64,000 bases of DNA from Candidatus Cloacimonadota bacterium (GCA_021157525.1 JAGGWK010000037.1:34867-98866), one strand, 5' to 3'; shown: positions 18,482-29,302, counted from the stretch's first letter. The notes: generated from the letters alone by a model not told the origin. Numbers and translations are program-made.

Positions 18482-20161
18482 CTAATACACTTTCCGTAGC
18501 GCCTGTGCGATGTTTAAGGATTTATCGCCAATATGCTCAAAATGCTTGAGTAAATCCAGATAGAGCAATTCAGATTTTACATCAGCACCATGTTGCAAAC
18601 GCTCCTGAGCTGCTTGCTTCAGGTCATCCCGCAGATGGTTTATCTTGTTTTCCAGACGATAGGCAAGGTCTAACACTTTCGGTTCCAGGCCTTCATTCAT
18701 CTGCTGTTTGTAGAGCTCTATAAATTCCTGGATGAGCTCAACGAAGTCGTTAAATTCATTCATTGCTTTGGGATGGAGGGTGATTTTATTATCGTATTTC
18801 CGCTGAGTGAGTAGCATCAGTTTATACACGCTATCCCCTATATTTTCCAGCTCATTAACTATGCGCATCATAGCATTGATGTTCTTCACATTGGCATCAC
18901 TGAGAGTTTCGCCGCTGAGCTGAACCAGGTATTGGGTGATCTGCTCCTGCATCTGATCGGTATAATCTTCTTTTTCTTTTATATCAGAAACGATATTCCC
19001 CATCTTTTTGTCAGGATTTCTAAAGACATGCAAAAAGGTCTCAAACATTTCATCGATGACTCTGGCCATGTGAGTAATTTCTTCACGCGCCTTGATGATG
19101 TTCAATTCCGGTGTATTTTGCAAGCTGGTACTGATGTACACCAGACGGTATTCTTTTTGTGCATCTTGAGGTGTTTCCTTCACCAACTTGGTAACCGCAA
19201 TGGTGATATATGAGATGAGGGGAATACAGATGAGAGTATTGGTGACATTGAACATTGTGTGGAATAGTGCCAAATTAAGGGGAAGATTCACCATATTTCC
19301 CTGGTCGTTAACCAGATATGGGTCCCAAGGTGCCACATGGAGCACCAATTTAATGAAATAGGGGAAGACTATTGCCATCCAGATCACACCAAAGGTGTTG
19401 AACAGAAAATGAGCCCGGGCGGCTCTCCTGGCATTTACGGTGGTTCCCAAAGAGGCCAGATAGGCTGTGACGGTGGTACCTATATTCTCGCCCAACACAA
19501 TAGCTGCTGACGTCTCAAAATTTATCCATCCCATATAGGCCATGGTAACGGTAATCGCCATGGCTGCACTGGATGACTGGACGACAACAGTGAGCACCGA
19601 ACCTACCAGAACGAAGATAACAAAGGAGAGAAAACCAAGGTCTGTGTAATTTCTGAGAAATTCCAGAATTTCGGGATTTGATTTGATGTTTGGTACCGAA
19701 TCTTTGAGGAACATCAGTCCCAGAAAGAGCAAACCAAATCCGATGAGGATTTCACCAAAATCCCGTCTGCGAACAGTTTTGGCAAACATAAAGGGTAACC
19801 CTACACCAATGATTGGCAAAGCAATGGCGGTGATATTGAATTTAAAACCGATTAGCGAGACAATCCATGTGGTTACCGTGGTTCCAATGTTCGCGCCCAT
19901 TATCACCCCGATTGCCTGGGTGAGGGAAAGAAGTGACGCATTTACAAAACTCACTACCATTACCGTTGTTGCCGATGAAGATTGGATGAGGGCTGTGATG
20001 ATAAAACCTGTTAAGACGGCCAGATAGCGATTTGCTGTCATGTAATTGAGGATCCGCCGAAGCCGTTCTCCGGCAGTACGTTGCAGTGCGTCGCTCATCA
20101 CGCGCATCCCGTACAAAAAGACGCCTAAAGAACCCAATAGTTTAAAGATCAATACAATCAT
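18482..20161 (-). CDS. Na+/phosphate cotransporter family protein with a C-terminal PhoU-like domain
   Basis: Duplicated Na_Pi_cotrans blocks (QSSSATTVMVVSF / QSSSAAMAITVTM), followed by a helical PhoU-like tail (ENIGDSVYKL, FEHIGDKSLNIAQ). Confidence 0.88.
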   Translation of the reverse strand: MIVLIFKLLGSLGVFLYGMRVMSDALQRTAGERLRRILNYMTANRYLAVLTGFIITALIQSSSATTVMVVSFVNASLLSLTQAIGVIMGANIGTTVTTWIVSLIGFKFNITAIALPIIGVGLPFMFAKTVRRRDFGEILIGFGLLFLGLMFLKDSVPNIKSNPEILEFLRNYTDLGFLSFVIFVLVGSVLTVVVQSSSAAMAITVTMAYMGWINFETSAAIVLGENIGTTVTAYLASLGTTVNARRAARAHFLFNTFGVIWMAIVFPYFIKLVLHVAPWDPYLVNDQGNMVNLPLNLALFHTMFNVTNTLICIPLISYITIAVTKLVKETPQDAQKEYRLVYISTSLQNTPELNIIKAREEITHMARVIDEMFETFLHVFRNPDKKMGNIVSDIKEKEDYTDQMQEQITQYLVQLSGETLSDANVKNINAMMRIVNELENIGDSVYKLMLLTQRKYDNKITLHPKAMNEFNDFVELIQEFIELYKQQMNEGLEPKVLDLAYRLENKINHLRDDLKQAAQERLQHGADVKSELLYLDLLKHFEHIGDKSLNIAQALRKVY

Positions 20162-20326
20162 GATACTCCAATTTCTATTTATTTTCTGCTATTTTAGGAA
20201 GCGGCGCAGGTTGTCAAATGTAAAATGTGAAATGGCAGGAAAAAGGAAGGTTTTATCGTACGCTTCCGTAAGGATGCAAAGAAGTCGAGGGCCTACGCTT
20301 TCGCTTATCATAGAATGTTGTCCGGA

Positions 20327-20800
20327 TTAACCTTCCATAAATCCGTCCAACTCGGATGCATCAAACCAGATCATGGAGCCGTGGATGCGATTGATCTCAT
20401 CCTGTAACAACTCTGCATGGTTTTTTTCTTCAGCAGCAAGCTCCATAAATAACTTTTTCAGCTCCGCATCGTCGGTGGTTTTTGCGAAATTGAGATATCC
20501 TGCCTCGGCGATATTTTCACGTTTGATGGCAAATTCCAGCGCACCCTCTGGATCATCCAAGTGTTCGCCTTCGGTAAGAATGGGGATGAGGGCATAGTTT
20601 ATGGTGAGCTCATCTTCGGGATTTTCGTGTCGATAGAGAGCAATCAGCTTCTCTTCGTGGGCTTTTTCCATAGGTACAAGCCGTGTAAACATCTCAACCG
20701 CATGAGTGTCTTTAAAGGCATTTGCCAGTGCGCGATACAGATTCTGAGATTTCACCTCGTTTTCAATGGCAAAAAGTAACGCCTCTTTTCTGGTGGTCAT
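20327..20800 (-). CDS. Ferritin-like / rubrerythrin-family diiron domain protein
   Basis: Two E-x-x-H-type helices (PMEKAHEEKL and AAEEKNHAELL) in a 157-aa four-helix-bundle-like sequence. AGGAGG RBS. Confidence 0.65.
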   Translation of the reverse strand: MTTRKEALLFAIENEVKSQNLYRALANAFKDTHAVEMFTRLVPMEKAHEEKLIALYRHENPEDELTINYALIPILTEGEHLDDPEGALEFAIKRENIAEAGYLNFAKTTDDAELKKLFMELAAEEKNHAELLQDEINRIHGSMIWFDASELDGFMEG

Positions 20801-20927
20801 GATTTCCTCCTCTGATTTTTTTTCTGGACTTACAATCGCTTTTCCCTCTCAGGATGGCAACACAAAAATCCTTTAACCTCTTTTTTGTAAGGATGCAGAG
20901 AATTTTACCGATACCCCTTTTTCGGGA

Positions 20928-22316
20928 TTATTGGGAATTAAATGCATCCTTTCCCATGAGGTATTTGGCGGCATTGGGGCACACATCTCGAGCCCATTTT
21001 TCTATTTGCAGAGAAACTTCGCGGATTTCCCATTGAGAATGGCTGTCGGAACGAAGCCGCGTAAAATGATACAGCTCTCGCAAATTTGCCTTGAAGATCA
21101 CACCGATTTTATGAGAATTGGTAAGTATGTAGCTGCCCAGCCCCGGTTTTATCGCATCGAGCGCAAAATAGAGGGCATCCACTTTGCGCATGAGCAGGGC
21201 GATCTCGGCTTCGGCACCAATATCATGCAGTAGCGGCGGCACCACGTATCCACGGTCTGGATGGTAAGTGGTGGGCAGAATTGTGCTCATCCTGTGCCGC
21301 TTGAGTTGGCCGAAACAGCTGGAAGAAATCACCAGTTTAAAGGTGAAGTAGGCGATTTCAAATGCCCGAGGTACACTGTGATAACTTTTCATTCCCTGAA
21401 AAAGTTCATCAAAAATAGCAGCTTTCTCGTCATTGCTTCTGTCATGCACCCAATTTTTTATCAGTACGGGATCGTGACCATATTTCTCAAAGAGCAACGA
21501 GGCAAGGATGGATTCTTCGGGAAATGCCGAGTGTCCAAGCATTTCCATTGCTGTGTTATCTGGCAAATCCGGGATATGAGGTAACCGTTGCGACATCTCG
21601 GTGGTAAAAGCTTCAGCCTTCGTGTAGCGTATCAGCGAAGGAGCAACGGATGCTACCTGCTGTTCCAAGGCAACTTTCAGAGCTTTGGCTTCGGCAAGAG
21701 GAGATGCATCCAGGCGACGAAGAAGGCCTTCCAGAGAGCGGGCATTGATGGTCATTCCCAATTGGGTTTTGGTGGCGAGAGACAGCACATAGCGAGCATC
21801 TTCTTTGGCGCGACCAAATCGTTCCCGGGGTGTTCCTTTCCAGCCAATGGCATCAAGGTGTTCTTTGGCACGGTTGTAGAGAGTCTCATACAGATGATTC
21901 TGCCGGGTGATAAGAGCGGTAAATTCACCTTCCAGTGATGTGCCCTCGATTTCCCCGGGCAAGACAAAATCGCCATCCAGGGTAACGTAGCGTTGGGATT
22001 TCTCTGTGAAAGAGGCAAGGCGGCTGCGTTCGATGGTTTCCACCAGATATCGTGAGATGCCGATGATATCGAAGTTGAAAACAGCGTGTTCCGCTACGGA
22101 GCTGTGTCCCATCTCAAAGATAATCATTTCGTTAGATTTACGGGCTTTTTCCACCTCGTCCCGGGCTTGCTCCCGCAGTTGTGTTACACTCTTTTTGCTT
22201 CTACTGATGCGCGCATAGGCGGCAGAGAGTATCTCCGGCGTTACCTGTGCACGATTTTTTAATTGATCACTAACGACGGTATCTACATTAAATCCGGCTA
22301 ACGTAACTTTCATCAT
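20928..22316 (-). CDS. thyX: FAD-dependent thymidylate synthase, tandem two-domain form (462 aa)
   Basis: N-half: GHSSVAEHAVFNF, RSRLASFTEKSQRY, ARYVLSLATKT...NARSLEGLLRRL. C-half: YHSVPRAFEIAYFTF, KRHRMS, NLRELYHFTRLR. There are two ThyX-like units in one chain. Confidence 0.8.
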   Translation of the reverse strand: MMKVTLAGFNVDTVVSDQLKNRAQVTPEILSAAYARISRSKKSVTQLREQARDEVEKARKSNEMIIFEMGHSSVAEHAVFNFDIIGISRYLVETIERSRLASFTEKSQRYVTLDGDFVLPGEIEGTSLEGEFTALITRQNHLYETLYNRAKEHLDAIGWKGTPRERFGRAKEDARYVLSLATKTQLGMTINARSLEGLLRRLDASPLAEAKALKVALEQQVASVAPSLIRYTKAEAFTTEMSQRLPHIPDLPDNTAMEMLGHSAFPEESILASLLFEKYGHDPVLIKNWVHDRSNDEKAAIFDELFQGMKSYHSVPRAFEIAYFTFKLVISSSCFGQLKRHRMSTILPTTYHPDRGYVVPPLLHDIGAEAEIALLMRKVDALYFALDAIKPGLGSYILTNSHKIGVIFKANLRELYHFTRLRSDSHSQWEIREVSLQIEKWARDVCPNAAKYLMGKDAFNSQ

Positions 22317-22437
22317 AAACTCCTGTGAATTTTATCCAGTAACCAGACCATGTTTTCTCCCATTATCTGCAATGTTTCATTACACATGGCAGCTGTGTTT
22401 CCGTATGATCTCGGGCTTGCGTTAAAGGCGACAACAT

Positions 22438-23577
22438 TCATAATTCCTCCGTTTCAAAAAGAACTTTTATTTGCGCTAATGCATCCATGATAGATAGATT
22501 TTGCGGGCATTTATCTTCACATTCTCCGCAAGCCACGCATTGGGAAGCGCGGGATTTTTCCGGTATAAACATCAGATATTCAGCCTTTGCCTGTTTGACA
22601 TCATTAAAGAGGAAGGCGCTATTATAGCTATTCAGGCACGATGGGATGGCGACCCCATGAGGACAGGGCAGGCAGTATTCACAAGCGGTACAACCGATTT
22701 TTATGCGGCTGAGGTAGGTTTGGCGAACCCTTTCCACCAGGTCAAGTTCATCGGTTGTCAGAGAGTTCGGGATGCCATAGTCACAGATGGCAAGGTTTTC
22801 TATCACCTGCTCCATGGTGCTCATGCCGCTGAGAAGCAGATGGATGCGTTTGTCATTGAGCAACCAATGGATGGCCCAGGCTGCAGGGGTACGTTTTATT
22901 GTAGCACTATCCCACAGTGCCTGAATATCTTCGGGAATATTTTGGGTTATCTTTCCACCCCGAAGTGGTTCCATGATGATAACACCCAATCCCTTCTGCG
23001 TTGCATACTCCAGACCGCGACGTCCTGCCTGCCAGTCCTGATCGATATAGTTGTACATAATCTGGCAGAAGTCCCAATCATAGGAATCAACGATGGTTTC
23101 GAAAATTGGGTAATAATCGTGGAAAGAGAATCCAACATGGCGCACTCTGCCATCTTTTTTTATGGCATCCAGAAAATCAAAAAGCTGATGGCTGGTGAGA
23201 TTTTTCCACAATTTTCGATTGAGAGCATGGACGAGGTAATAATCTATATGATCGGTCTGGAGCTTTTCCAACTGTTTGTTGAGGTAGGTGTCCATATCGT
23301 CGCGATTGGTAATGTACCAACTGGGGAGCTTGGTAGCCAGCATCACTTTATCCCGATAGCCGTCCAGCAGGATGCGTCCTACCACGGGCTCGCTCATCTG
23401 CTGGTGATAGGGCCAGGCAGTATCAATGTAGTTCACGCCGGCATCTATGGCATGACGTACCATTTTTGTGGCCAGTGGTTCATCGATGGTTTTGTCAGAG
23501 AGAGTGGGAAAGCGCATGCATCCGAAACCAAGTACGGAGATGCGGTCATTGGTTTTTGTCATTGTTCTGTATTGCAT
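22438..23577 (-). CDS. Aldo/keto reductase with a C-terminal 4Fe-4S cluster-binding domain
   Basis: AKR blocks (GFGCMRF, NYIDTAWPY, IDYYLVHAL) plus CTACEYCLPCP and CVACGECEDKCP cysteine motifs. Confidence 0.85.
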   Translation of the reverse strand: MQYRTMTKTNDRISVLGFGCMRFPTLSDKTIDEPLATKMVRHAIDAGVNYIDTAWPYHQQMSEPVVGRILLDGYRDKVMLATKLPSWYITNRDDMDTYLNKQLEKLQTDHIDYYLVHALNRKLWKNLTSHQLFDFLDAIKKDGRVRHVGFSFHDYYPIFETIVDSYDWDFCQIMYNYIDQDWQAGRRGLEYATQKGLGVIIMEPLRGGKITQNIPEDIQALWDSATIKRTPAAWAIHWLLNDKRIHLLLSGMSTMEQVIENLAICDYGIPNSLTTDELDLVERVRQTYLSRIKIGCTACEYCLPCPHGVAIPSCLNSYNSAFLFNDVKQAKAEYLMFIPEKSRASQCVACGECEDKCPQNLSIMDALAQIKVLFETEEL

Positions 23578-23592
23578 GTCAAACCTCCGGGA

Positions 23593-25026
23593 TCAGGATT
23601 TACCGCCAATGCAACGTTTGTCACGTAAAAACTTGAAATTCCATCGAAAGATGGATTGCCAGACTATTTGTACTTTTAATGCGGAAGGATGGCGATGTAA
23701 TAAAACAACAAACCATACAACCATAATGATGCCTTTTATGATGCTTGTGATACTCATAGACCACCACACGCCATTGAGCCCCAGTGTGGTGGATAGAGCC
23801 AGGAAATAGGCCAGAGGCACTCGCAACCCAGTGAAAACGATACTGATGACCGATGGAGGAATGGTGCGTCCAAGGCCATTAAAGGAACCGGCCGTGGCGA
23901 TCTCCCAAGACATGAATATCTGGGAAAGTCCCAATATCTGAAGATAAACGACACCATATTTCAGAGCTTCCGGTTCGGGAATAAAAAGAGAAAAAATCGG
24001 TTTAGCGAAAAATACCAGCAGGATGGTGGCGATAAGTCCGATTCCCGTAACCGTTATCATCCCGGCCAAATAGCCTTTTTGGATGCGATCCCATTTACCA
24101 GCCCCGTAGTTCTGGCCCACAAAGGCACTGAGAGCGCTGGAAAAACCGCCTGCTGTCATCCATGAAAGTGCCTCGATGTGAGAACCAACCTTTTGCACAG
24201 CAATCGGGATGGGCCCCCAGGTGGCGATGAGTCTGGCGATAAGCATGGCAAAGATGGTAAACAAACCGCTCTGAAGGGCTACGGGAAAACCGTATTGAAC
24301 AATGGTTTTGACGATTTTCTTGTGCATGGGGGAGAAGAAGGAGATTTTTGGGAATGGCGCTCCTTTACCCAGAAAATGTATGAGGAATACGATGGTCACC
24401 AATCCCTGAGATACCACGGTGGCTATGGCGGCACCAATTACACCCAGAGTCGGTATGGGGCCAAGCCCAAAAATCAACAGCGGATCCAGGATGATGTTGG
24501 CAATCAAACCGATGGAGTTGATGTAAAAGGGCACTTTGCTTTGGCCCATACCATTGTAGATGCCGGTAAACACAGGATTGATAAAGGCAAACAACGTGCC
24601 GACGGCAACCACTCGCAAATAACTTTCAGCTTGCTGAATCACGCCACTGTCCTGCAACCGGAAAAAGCGAATCAGCACTTGATAAAATACTATCAATAGG
24701 GTTCCGTAAAGAATTGCTGTGAAAACGTTTATCTGTAAAGTATTTCTGGCATAAAGCCGTGCATCAGCGCGATTGTCCTGCCCCAGAGACATCGCAACCC
24801 CTACTTCGGCACCAACCTTGGAGATGATGATAAGGGAAAATCCCAGCCACACATAAAACCCTGCAGTGCCAACGGCGGCAACGGCGTAACTGCCCACTCG
24901 TCCAATCCAGAGCATGTCGGTAAGTTGATAGGCTAATTGCACCATGGATGTGGCAATAATGGGCAGCACCAATTTGATGATGGTGCTGAAAATCGGGCCA
25001 GAGGTGAGATCTTTGTGTTGGCTCAT
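23593..25026 (-). CDS. MATE family efflux transporter
   Basis: 12-TM profile. N-terminal LTSGPIFSTIIKLVLPIIATSMVQLAYQLTDMLWIGRVG is typical of NorM/DinF-type MATE. ATG at 25026. Confidence 0.85.
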   Translation of the reverse strand: MSQHKDLTSGPIFSTIIKLVLPIIATSMVQLAYQLTDMLWIGRVGSYAVAAVGTAGFYVWLGFSLIIISKVGAEVGVAMSLGQDNRADARLYARNTLQINVFTAILYGTLLIVFYQVLIRFFRLQDSGVIQQAESYLRVVAVGTLFAFINPVFTGIYNGMGQSKVPFYINSIGLIANIILDPLLIFGLGPIPTLGVIGAAIATVVSQGLVTIVFLIHFLGKGAPFPKISFFSPMHKKIVKTIVQYGFPVALQSGLFTIFAMLIARLIATWGPIPIAVQKVGSHIEALSWMTAGGFSSALSAFVGQNYGAGKWDRIQKGYLAGMITVTGIGLIATILLVFFAKPIFSLFIPEPEALKYGVVYLQILGLSQIFMSWEIATAGSFNGLGRTIPPSVISIVFTGLRVPLAYFLALSTTLGLNGVWWSMSITSIIKGIIMVVWFVVLLHRHPSALKVQIVWQSIFRWNFKFLRDKRCIGGKS

Positions 25027-25030
25027 GATA

Positions 25031-25068
25031 CAAACCGACCTGCAAAACACAGGATTTTGCAGGTCGGT
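25031..25068 (-). terminator. Strong hairpin downstream of metK (perfect 14-bp stem)
   Basis: ACCGACCTGCAAAA (25034-25047) pairs with TTTTGCAGGTCGGT (25055-25068) around a 7-nt loop. On the minus strand it is followed by TTTG. It sits between the metK stop and the MATE start. Confidence 0.7.
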
Positions 25069-25082
25069 AAACTATATGACAT

Positions 25083-26243
25083 CTATTGAGCCAGTTCTTT
25101 GAGCTTGGCTGCCATATCGGTTTTTTCCCAGGTAAACTCAGGGATTTCCCGTCCAAAGTGACCATAGGCCGCAGTGAGTTGATAGATGGGCCGAAGCAAC
25201 TTTAAGTGATCGATAATGCCCTGCGGTGTAAGGGGAAAAACCTTCCGCACAATGGTGTTCAGGCGATCATCCGGCAACACACCGGTGCCAAAAGTGCGCA
25301 CCATCACCGATACCGGCTCGGAAACGCCGATAGCATAGGCAAGCTGTACTTCACACTCTTCAGCCAGCTCGGCGGCAACCACGTTTTTGGCGATGTACCG
25401 CGCCATGTAGGATGCACTGCGGTCAACCTTGGATGGATCTTTCCCCGAGAAAGCTCCGCCTCCATGACTGCCCTTTCCACCATATGTATCTATGATGATC
25501 TTTCGTCCGGTAAGACCGGTATCCGCATGAGGGCCACCCAGTACAAAACGACCGGTTGGATTTACCAGAAATTTCGTCTCTGCATCTAGCAAATGCAATG
25601 GAATAACGGATTTAATTACCTGTTCTATGATGTCGGCACGTATTTGTTCCAAGGTAATATCGGGATTATGCTGTGCTGAAACCACCACGGTATCCACCCG
25701 TACCGGTTTCTTGGCAAAATATTCCACGGTCACCTGTGTTTTACCATCGGGACGAAGGTAGGGGAGGGTACCATTTTTACGGACTTCGGCCAGACGCATG
25801 GCCATCTTATGAGCAAGGGAAGCGGTCATAGGCATCATTTCTGGCGTTTCGGTGCAGGCATAGCCAAACATCATACCTTGGTCACCGGCGCCCAACTTCT
25901 TGGTTGTATCGTTGTCCACGCCCAAAGCAATGTCAGGAGATTGTTTATCGATAGTGGTGATAACAGCGCAGGTTTGGTAATTAATGCCAAATTCAGCATC
26001 GGTGTAGCCAATACGCTTGATGGTATCTCGCACAATCTGGGGTATATCAACATAGCAGGATGTGGTGATTTCACCGCCAACCAATGCCATGCCGGTAGTC
26101 AAAAAGGTTTCACAGGCAACCCTGGCATGGGCGTCTTTACTGAGAATTGCATCCAGAATGGCATCCGAAATCTGATCTGCCATTTTATCGGGATGGCCTT
26201 CTGTTACCGATTCTGAGGTAAACAGATATTTTCCATTTAACAT
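25083..26243 (-). CDS. metK: S-adenosylmethionine synthetase
   Basis: [31 protein letters not shown] and [16 protein letters not shown] are canonical MetK motifs. Confidence 0.95.
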   Translation of the reverse strand: MLNGKYLFTSESVTEGHPDKMADQISDAILDAILSKDAHARVACETFLTTGMALVGGEITTSCYVDIPQIVRDTIKRIGYTDAEFGINYQTCAVITTIDKQSPDIALGVDNDTTKKLGAGDQGMMFGYACTETPEMMPMTASLAHKMAMRLAEVRKNGTLPYLRPDGKTQVTVEYFAKKPVRVDTVVVSAQHNPDITLEQIRADIIEQVIKSVIPLHLLDAETKFLVNPTGRFVLGGPHADTGLTGRKIIIDTYGGKGSHGGGAFSGKDPSKVDRSASYMARYIAKNVVAAELAEECEVQLAYAIGVSEPVSVMVRTFGTGVLPDDRLNTIVRKVFPLTPQGIIDHLKLLRPIYQLTAAYGHFGREIPEFTWEKTDMAAKLKELAQ

Positions 26244-26277
26244 AAATTCCTCCTTTCTGCTCTGGATCGTTCCAGAG

Positions 26278-27321
26278 CTAGATGTTCTCTTTCAGGTAAT
26301 TTATGTAGTCAATTGATGTAGGATTAACTCCCTGCAAAATTGCCACATAATAGCTGATCATATCGCCCAGATATATAAGCGAGAAAATCTCTTCTACCAA
26401 AGAATTTCCTTCGGTATAAAACTCCAGATATTCCGTCTGCTTCTTTCCCAGAAGTTGCTTAAACGCGTCAAGCCGTTTTTGATAATTATGTTCTTCCTGC
26501 ATGGATGAAAGAAAGATGGGGATGAAGGTGTCGGTAAATCCGGCAACTTCCCAGCCTTCAATTTCGTTGTGATTCATCTCGGGGAAGGTGTTCATAAATG
26601 CTGGATATTTGGCGTTTTCGTTTATCTGGCATTTCCAGCGGTAAGCCAGAGGCGCCAGCTCTGGTCTGGATGCATATATGATGGGGATTTTCCCCTTTAT
26701 TACAGATGCACCGTGCTTTGCCAGATTCTGTTCTTCTGCCACATTATGGGCTATCGCTCCTGCTTTTTTTATCAGCAAAGCCACCGTACTCAGCACAGTT
26801 TTTTCCTGAAGTGGTATGATTTTCATGTGTTCCAACAATTTAACAACCGAGAAAAACAGATACCCGATGGCCGAACGTGGTGGCATCCCTGGCGTAAGCT
26901 CTATCCATGGATGGCTGTTTTCCACTATTTTTTTTACTTCGCCACCGGAGGTAACAGCGGCCAGGTAAGGAGTGTATTTGCTGGCAGAACGCAGGCACGT
27001 AACAGTCTCTTCGGTGTTTCCGGAGTAACTGCAGGCGATAAGCAAAGTAGTGTTTGTAATAGGTGGCAGGTGATAATCCTTGATCACTTCAAAGGGTTTG
27101 AAACGGCCAAAGGCAACCCGTGCGATATCACCGGAAATGGCAGATCCACCCATCCCGCAAAAAACGATGTTGGTGATTGCTGAATAATCGGGTTCCTGCG
27201 CAGGAATATGCAGATTTTCAGCTTTGTAGGTTTCCAGAATGTGTTCAGGCATATGAATGATTTTGTGGTACATATCCTCAGTATCCAGTAAATATTTTTT
27301 TTCATCATCTAAGAGAGTCAT
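26278..27321 (-). CDS. Bifunctional phosphoglucose/phosphomannose isomerase (SIS domain)
   Basis: SIS motifs [10 protein letters not shown] and [11 protein letters not shown]. Length and C-terminal half resemble the PGI/PMI family. Confidence 0.75.
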   Translation of the reverse strand: MTLLDDEKKYLLDTEDMYHKIIHMPEHILETYKAENLHIPAQEPDYSAITNIVFCGMGGSAISGDIARVAFGRFKPFEVIKDYHLPPITNTTLLIACSYSGNTEETVTCLRSASKYTPYLAAVTSGGEVKKIVENSHPWIELTPGMPPRSAIGYLFFSVVKLLEHMKIIPLQEKTVLSTVALLIKKAGAIAHNVAEEQNLAKHGASVIKGKIPIIYASRPELAPLAYRWKCQINENAKYPAFMNTFPEMNHNEIEGWEVAGFTDTFIPIFLSSMQEEHNYQKRLDAFKQLLGKKQTEYLEFYTEGNSLVEEIFSLIYLGDMISYYVAILQGVNPTSIDYINYLKENI

Positions 27322-29029
27322 AGCTACCTTCCTTCGTAATACGTTCTTCTACATCCCGGGCTGTAGCCAAAGACAGTACTTCCTTCGCCACCAGCTTCCA
27401 GTGATTATATGATATTGCTCTGATTTGTTGTTTGAGGGTTAGTATTCGAGATGGGCTCACGCTCAGTTCCGTTACTCCGAGTCCCAATAAAAGTGGCAGA
27501 TAACGGGGATCTCCGGCCATTTCTCCACACACCGCCACGGGAATATTATGGGCTGCCGCCTGCTGAGCTGTATGCTCTATCAATCGCAGCACAGCCGGAT
27601 GTGCTGTTTGGTAATATGCTTCTACCATGTCATTATCGCGATCTACCGCCAGGGTATATTGCACCAGGTCGTTTGTGCCGATGCTCATAAAAGCCACTTC
27701 TTTTGCCAGGACGTCTGCTGTTAATGCCGCCGATGGCACCTCAATCATCACGCCCAGATCGGGCATACGCCAAGGTTCACCCCGGTCATCCAGCTCTGCT
27801 CCACATTGGACGATAATATCCTTTACCTTCCGAAACTCGCCTATACCGGAGATCATTGGGAACATCAGCTTAATTGAGCCGGTGATATTGGCCCGCAGCA
27901 CTGCGCGGATTTGCACCCGGAACACCTCTTCTTTGGCAAAACTCAGCCGGATGCCCCGGCATCCCAAGTTGGGATTGGATTCCCGATCGAGATTTAAAAG
28001 GGCAGAAAGTTTATCGCCGCCCACATCGATAGTGCGAATGGTAACCGAATGAGGCGCAGCCTGTTCGGCAATCGACCGATACATGTTATACTGCTCCTGC
28101 TCACTTGGCAGATGATTGCTGCCCATAAAAAGAAATTCGGTTCGAAACAGTCCGATGCCATCGCTGTTTGCATCCAAAACTGCTGTCATCTCTTCGGGAA
28201 TTTCTATATTACTGCGCAAAATTACAGGATGCCCGTCTGAAGTAACTGCGCTTTCATAGAGCATTTCTTGCAGTTTATCCCGGCGATGTTGCTGTTGGGT
28301 AAGTTTCTTCTGGTACTCCTGTAGCGTTGCCTCATCAGGATGCAGAATCACGGTGCCGGTATTGCCGTCTAATATCATCATCTGGCCATCGGCAAATTCG
28401 GTACTCACCTGGGGAACATTGATTATCATGGGTACGTTCATAGAGCGGGCGATGATGGAGCTATGGGAGTTTCGCGTTCCTCGCTCCAGGCATAAACCGC
28501 CGATATTCTGCTGTATCAGGCGCGACAGGAGGGATGGAGAAATAGTGTCGCTGATGATGATTGTTCCCGCCTCAATGGAATCCAGACTATCACTGCTTTT
28601 GTTCAGCAAATGACTCAGCAGACGATCAGAAACATCCTTGTAATCTGCCGAACGCTGGGCAAAATACTCGTTATCCATTTTTTGAAACAGCTCCACCACT
28701 TCGGCAAAATGCTGTTGGATAGCATGTTCTGTGGTGAAGAGTTCTTTGGTGATTTTGGTACGGACGCGGATAAGAAACTCCGGGTCCATCAAGATCATTT
28801 TATGGGTAGTGAGGATGTCGCGATTATCGCGGCTGTGAGAATACAGCTTAATCAGCTCGTCCAGCTCCAGAATAATACTTTCCACGCCGGCTTCAAAGCG
28901 CTGGAGTTCCCGCGTTATTTCATCAGGTGTGATGGAAGTCTGTTTGATTTCCAATGGCTCCCGCAGGATTTTTCTGCTGATGCCGATGGCAATGCCGTGA
29001 GAAGTAGCTAATCCACTATATACCTGCAT
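27305..29029 (-). CDS. ptsI: Phosphoenolpyruvate-protein phosphotransferase (PTS Enzyme I)
   Basis: Phosphohistidine region GTRNSHSSIIARSMNVP and PEP-binding region FMSIGTNDLVQYTLAVDR, CGEMAGD. ATG at 29029 lies directly after the ptsH stop. The track's TTG at 29041 is less likely. Confidence 0.9.
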   Translation of the reverse strand: MQVYSGLATSHGIAIGISRKILREPLEIKQTSITPDEITRELQRFEAGVESIILELDELIKLYSHSRDNRDILTTHKMILMDPEFLIRVRTKITKELFTTEHAIQQHFAEVVELFQKMDNEYFAQRSADYKDVSDRLLSHLLNKSSDSLDSIEAGTIIISDTISPSLLSRLIQQNIGGLCLERGTRNSHSSIIARSMNVPMIINVPQVSTEFADGQMMILDGNTGTVILHPDEATLQEYQKKLTQQQHRRDKLQEMLYESAVTSDGHPVILRSNIEIPEEMTAVLDANSDGIGLFRTEFLFMGSNHLPSEQEQYNMYRSIAEQAAPHSVTIRTIDVGGDKLSALLNLDRESNPNLGCRGIRLSFAKEEVFRVQIRAVLRANITGSIKLMFPMISGIGEFRKVKDIIVQCGAELDDRGEPWRMPDLGVMIEVPSAALTADVLAKEVAFMSIGTNDLVQYTLAVDRDNDMVEAYYQTAHPAVLRLIEHTAQQAAAHNIPVAVCGEMAGDPRYLPLLLGLGVTELSVSPSRILTLKQQIRAISYNHWKLVAKEVLSLATARDVEERITKEGSYDSLR

Positions 29030-29030
29030 C

Positions 29031-29294
29031 TTACTCACCAAAATTAGTTTGGAACAACTCGGTGATTTCGTTAATCAAAAAGGTCTCATCAACACCATCG
29101 GCGATAATTTCCAGCTCCGATCCATACTCGGCTGCCAAGGTCATCACGCCCATAATGCTTTTACCGTTTATCACCATATCATCCTTGCGAATATGAAACT
29201 CAGAACGAAACTTCGTGGCCAATTTTACCAGCATGGTTGCCGGACGGGCATGTAATCCCAATGGATTTGTGATAGTTATTCTTTTTCGAATCAT
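29031..29294 (-). CDS. ptsH: Phosphocarrier protein HPr
   Basis: His-15 site GLHARPA and Ser-46 site GKSIMGVM. 87 aa. Confidence 0.92.
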   Translation of the reverse strand: MIRKRITITNPLGLHARPATMLVKLATKFRSEFHIRKDDMVINGKSIMGVMTLAAEYGSELEIIADGVDETFLINEITELFQTNFGE

Positions 29295-29302
29295 CTGCTT
29301 TC

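Noticed and set aside
22501-23628. 375-aa plus-strand ORF almost exactly antisense to the aldo/keto reductase gene.
   Set aside because: It lies in the codon-aligned antisense frame (both ORFs have codon starts at positions congruent to 1 mod 3). Its stops would therefore correspond to sense codons TTA/CTA/TCA, which this gene simply does not use. It has no RBS and no recognisable motifs. The sense strand has clear AKR and Fe-S motifs.
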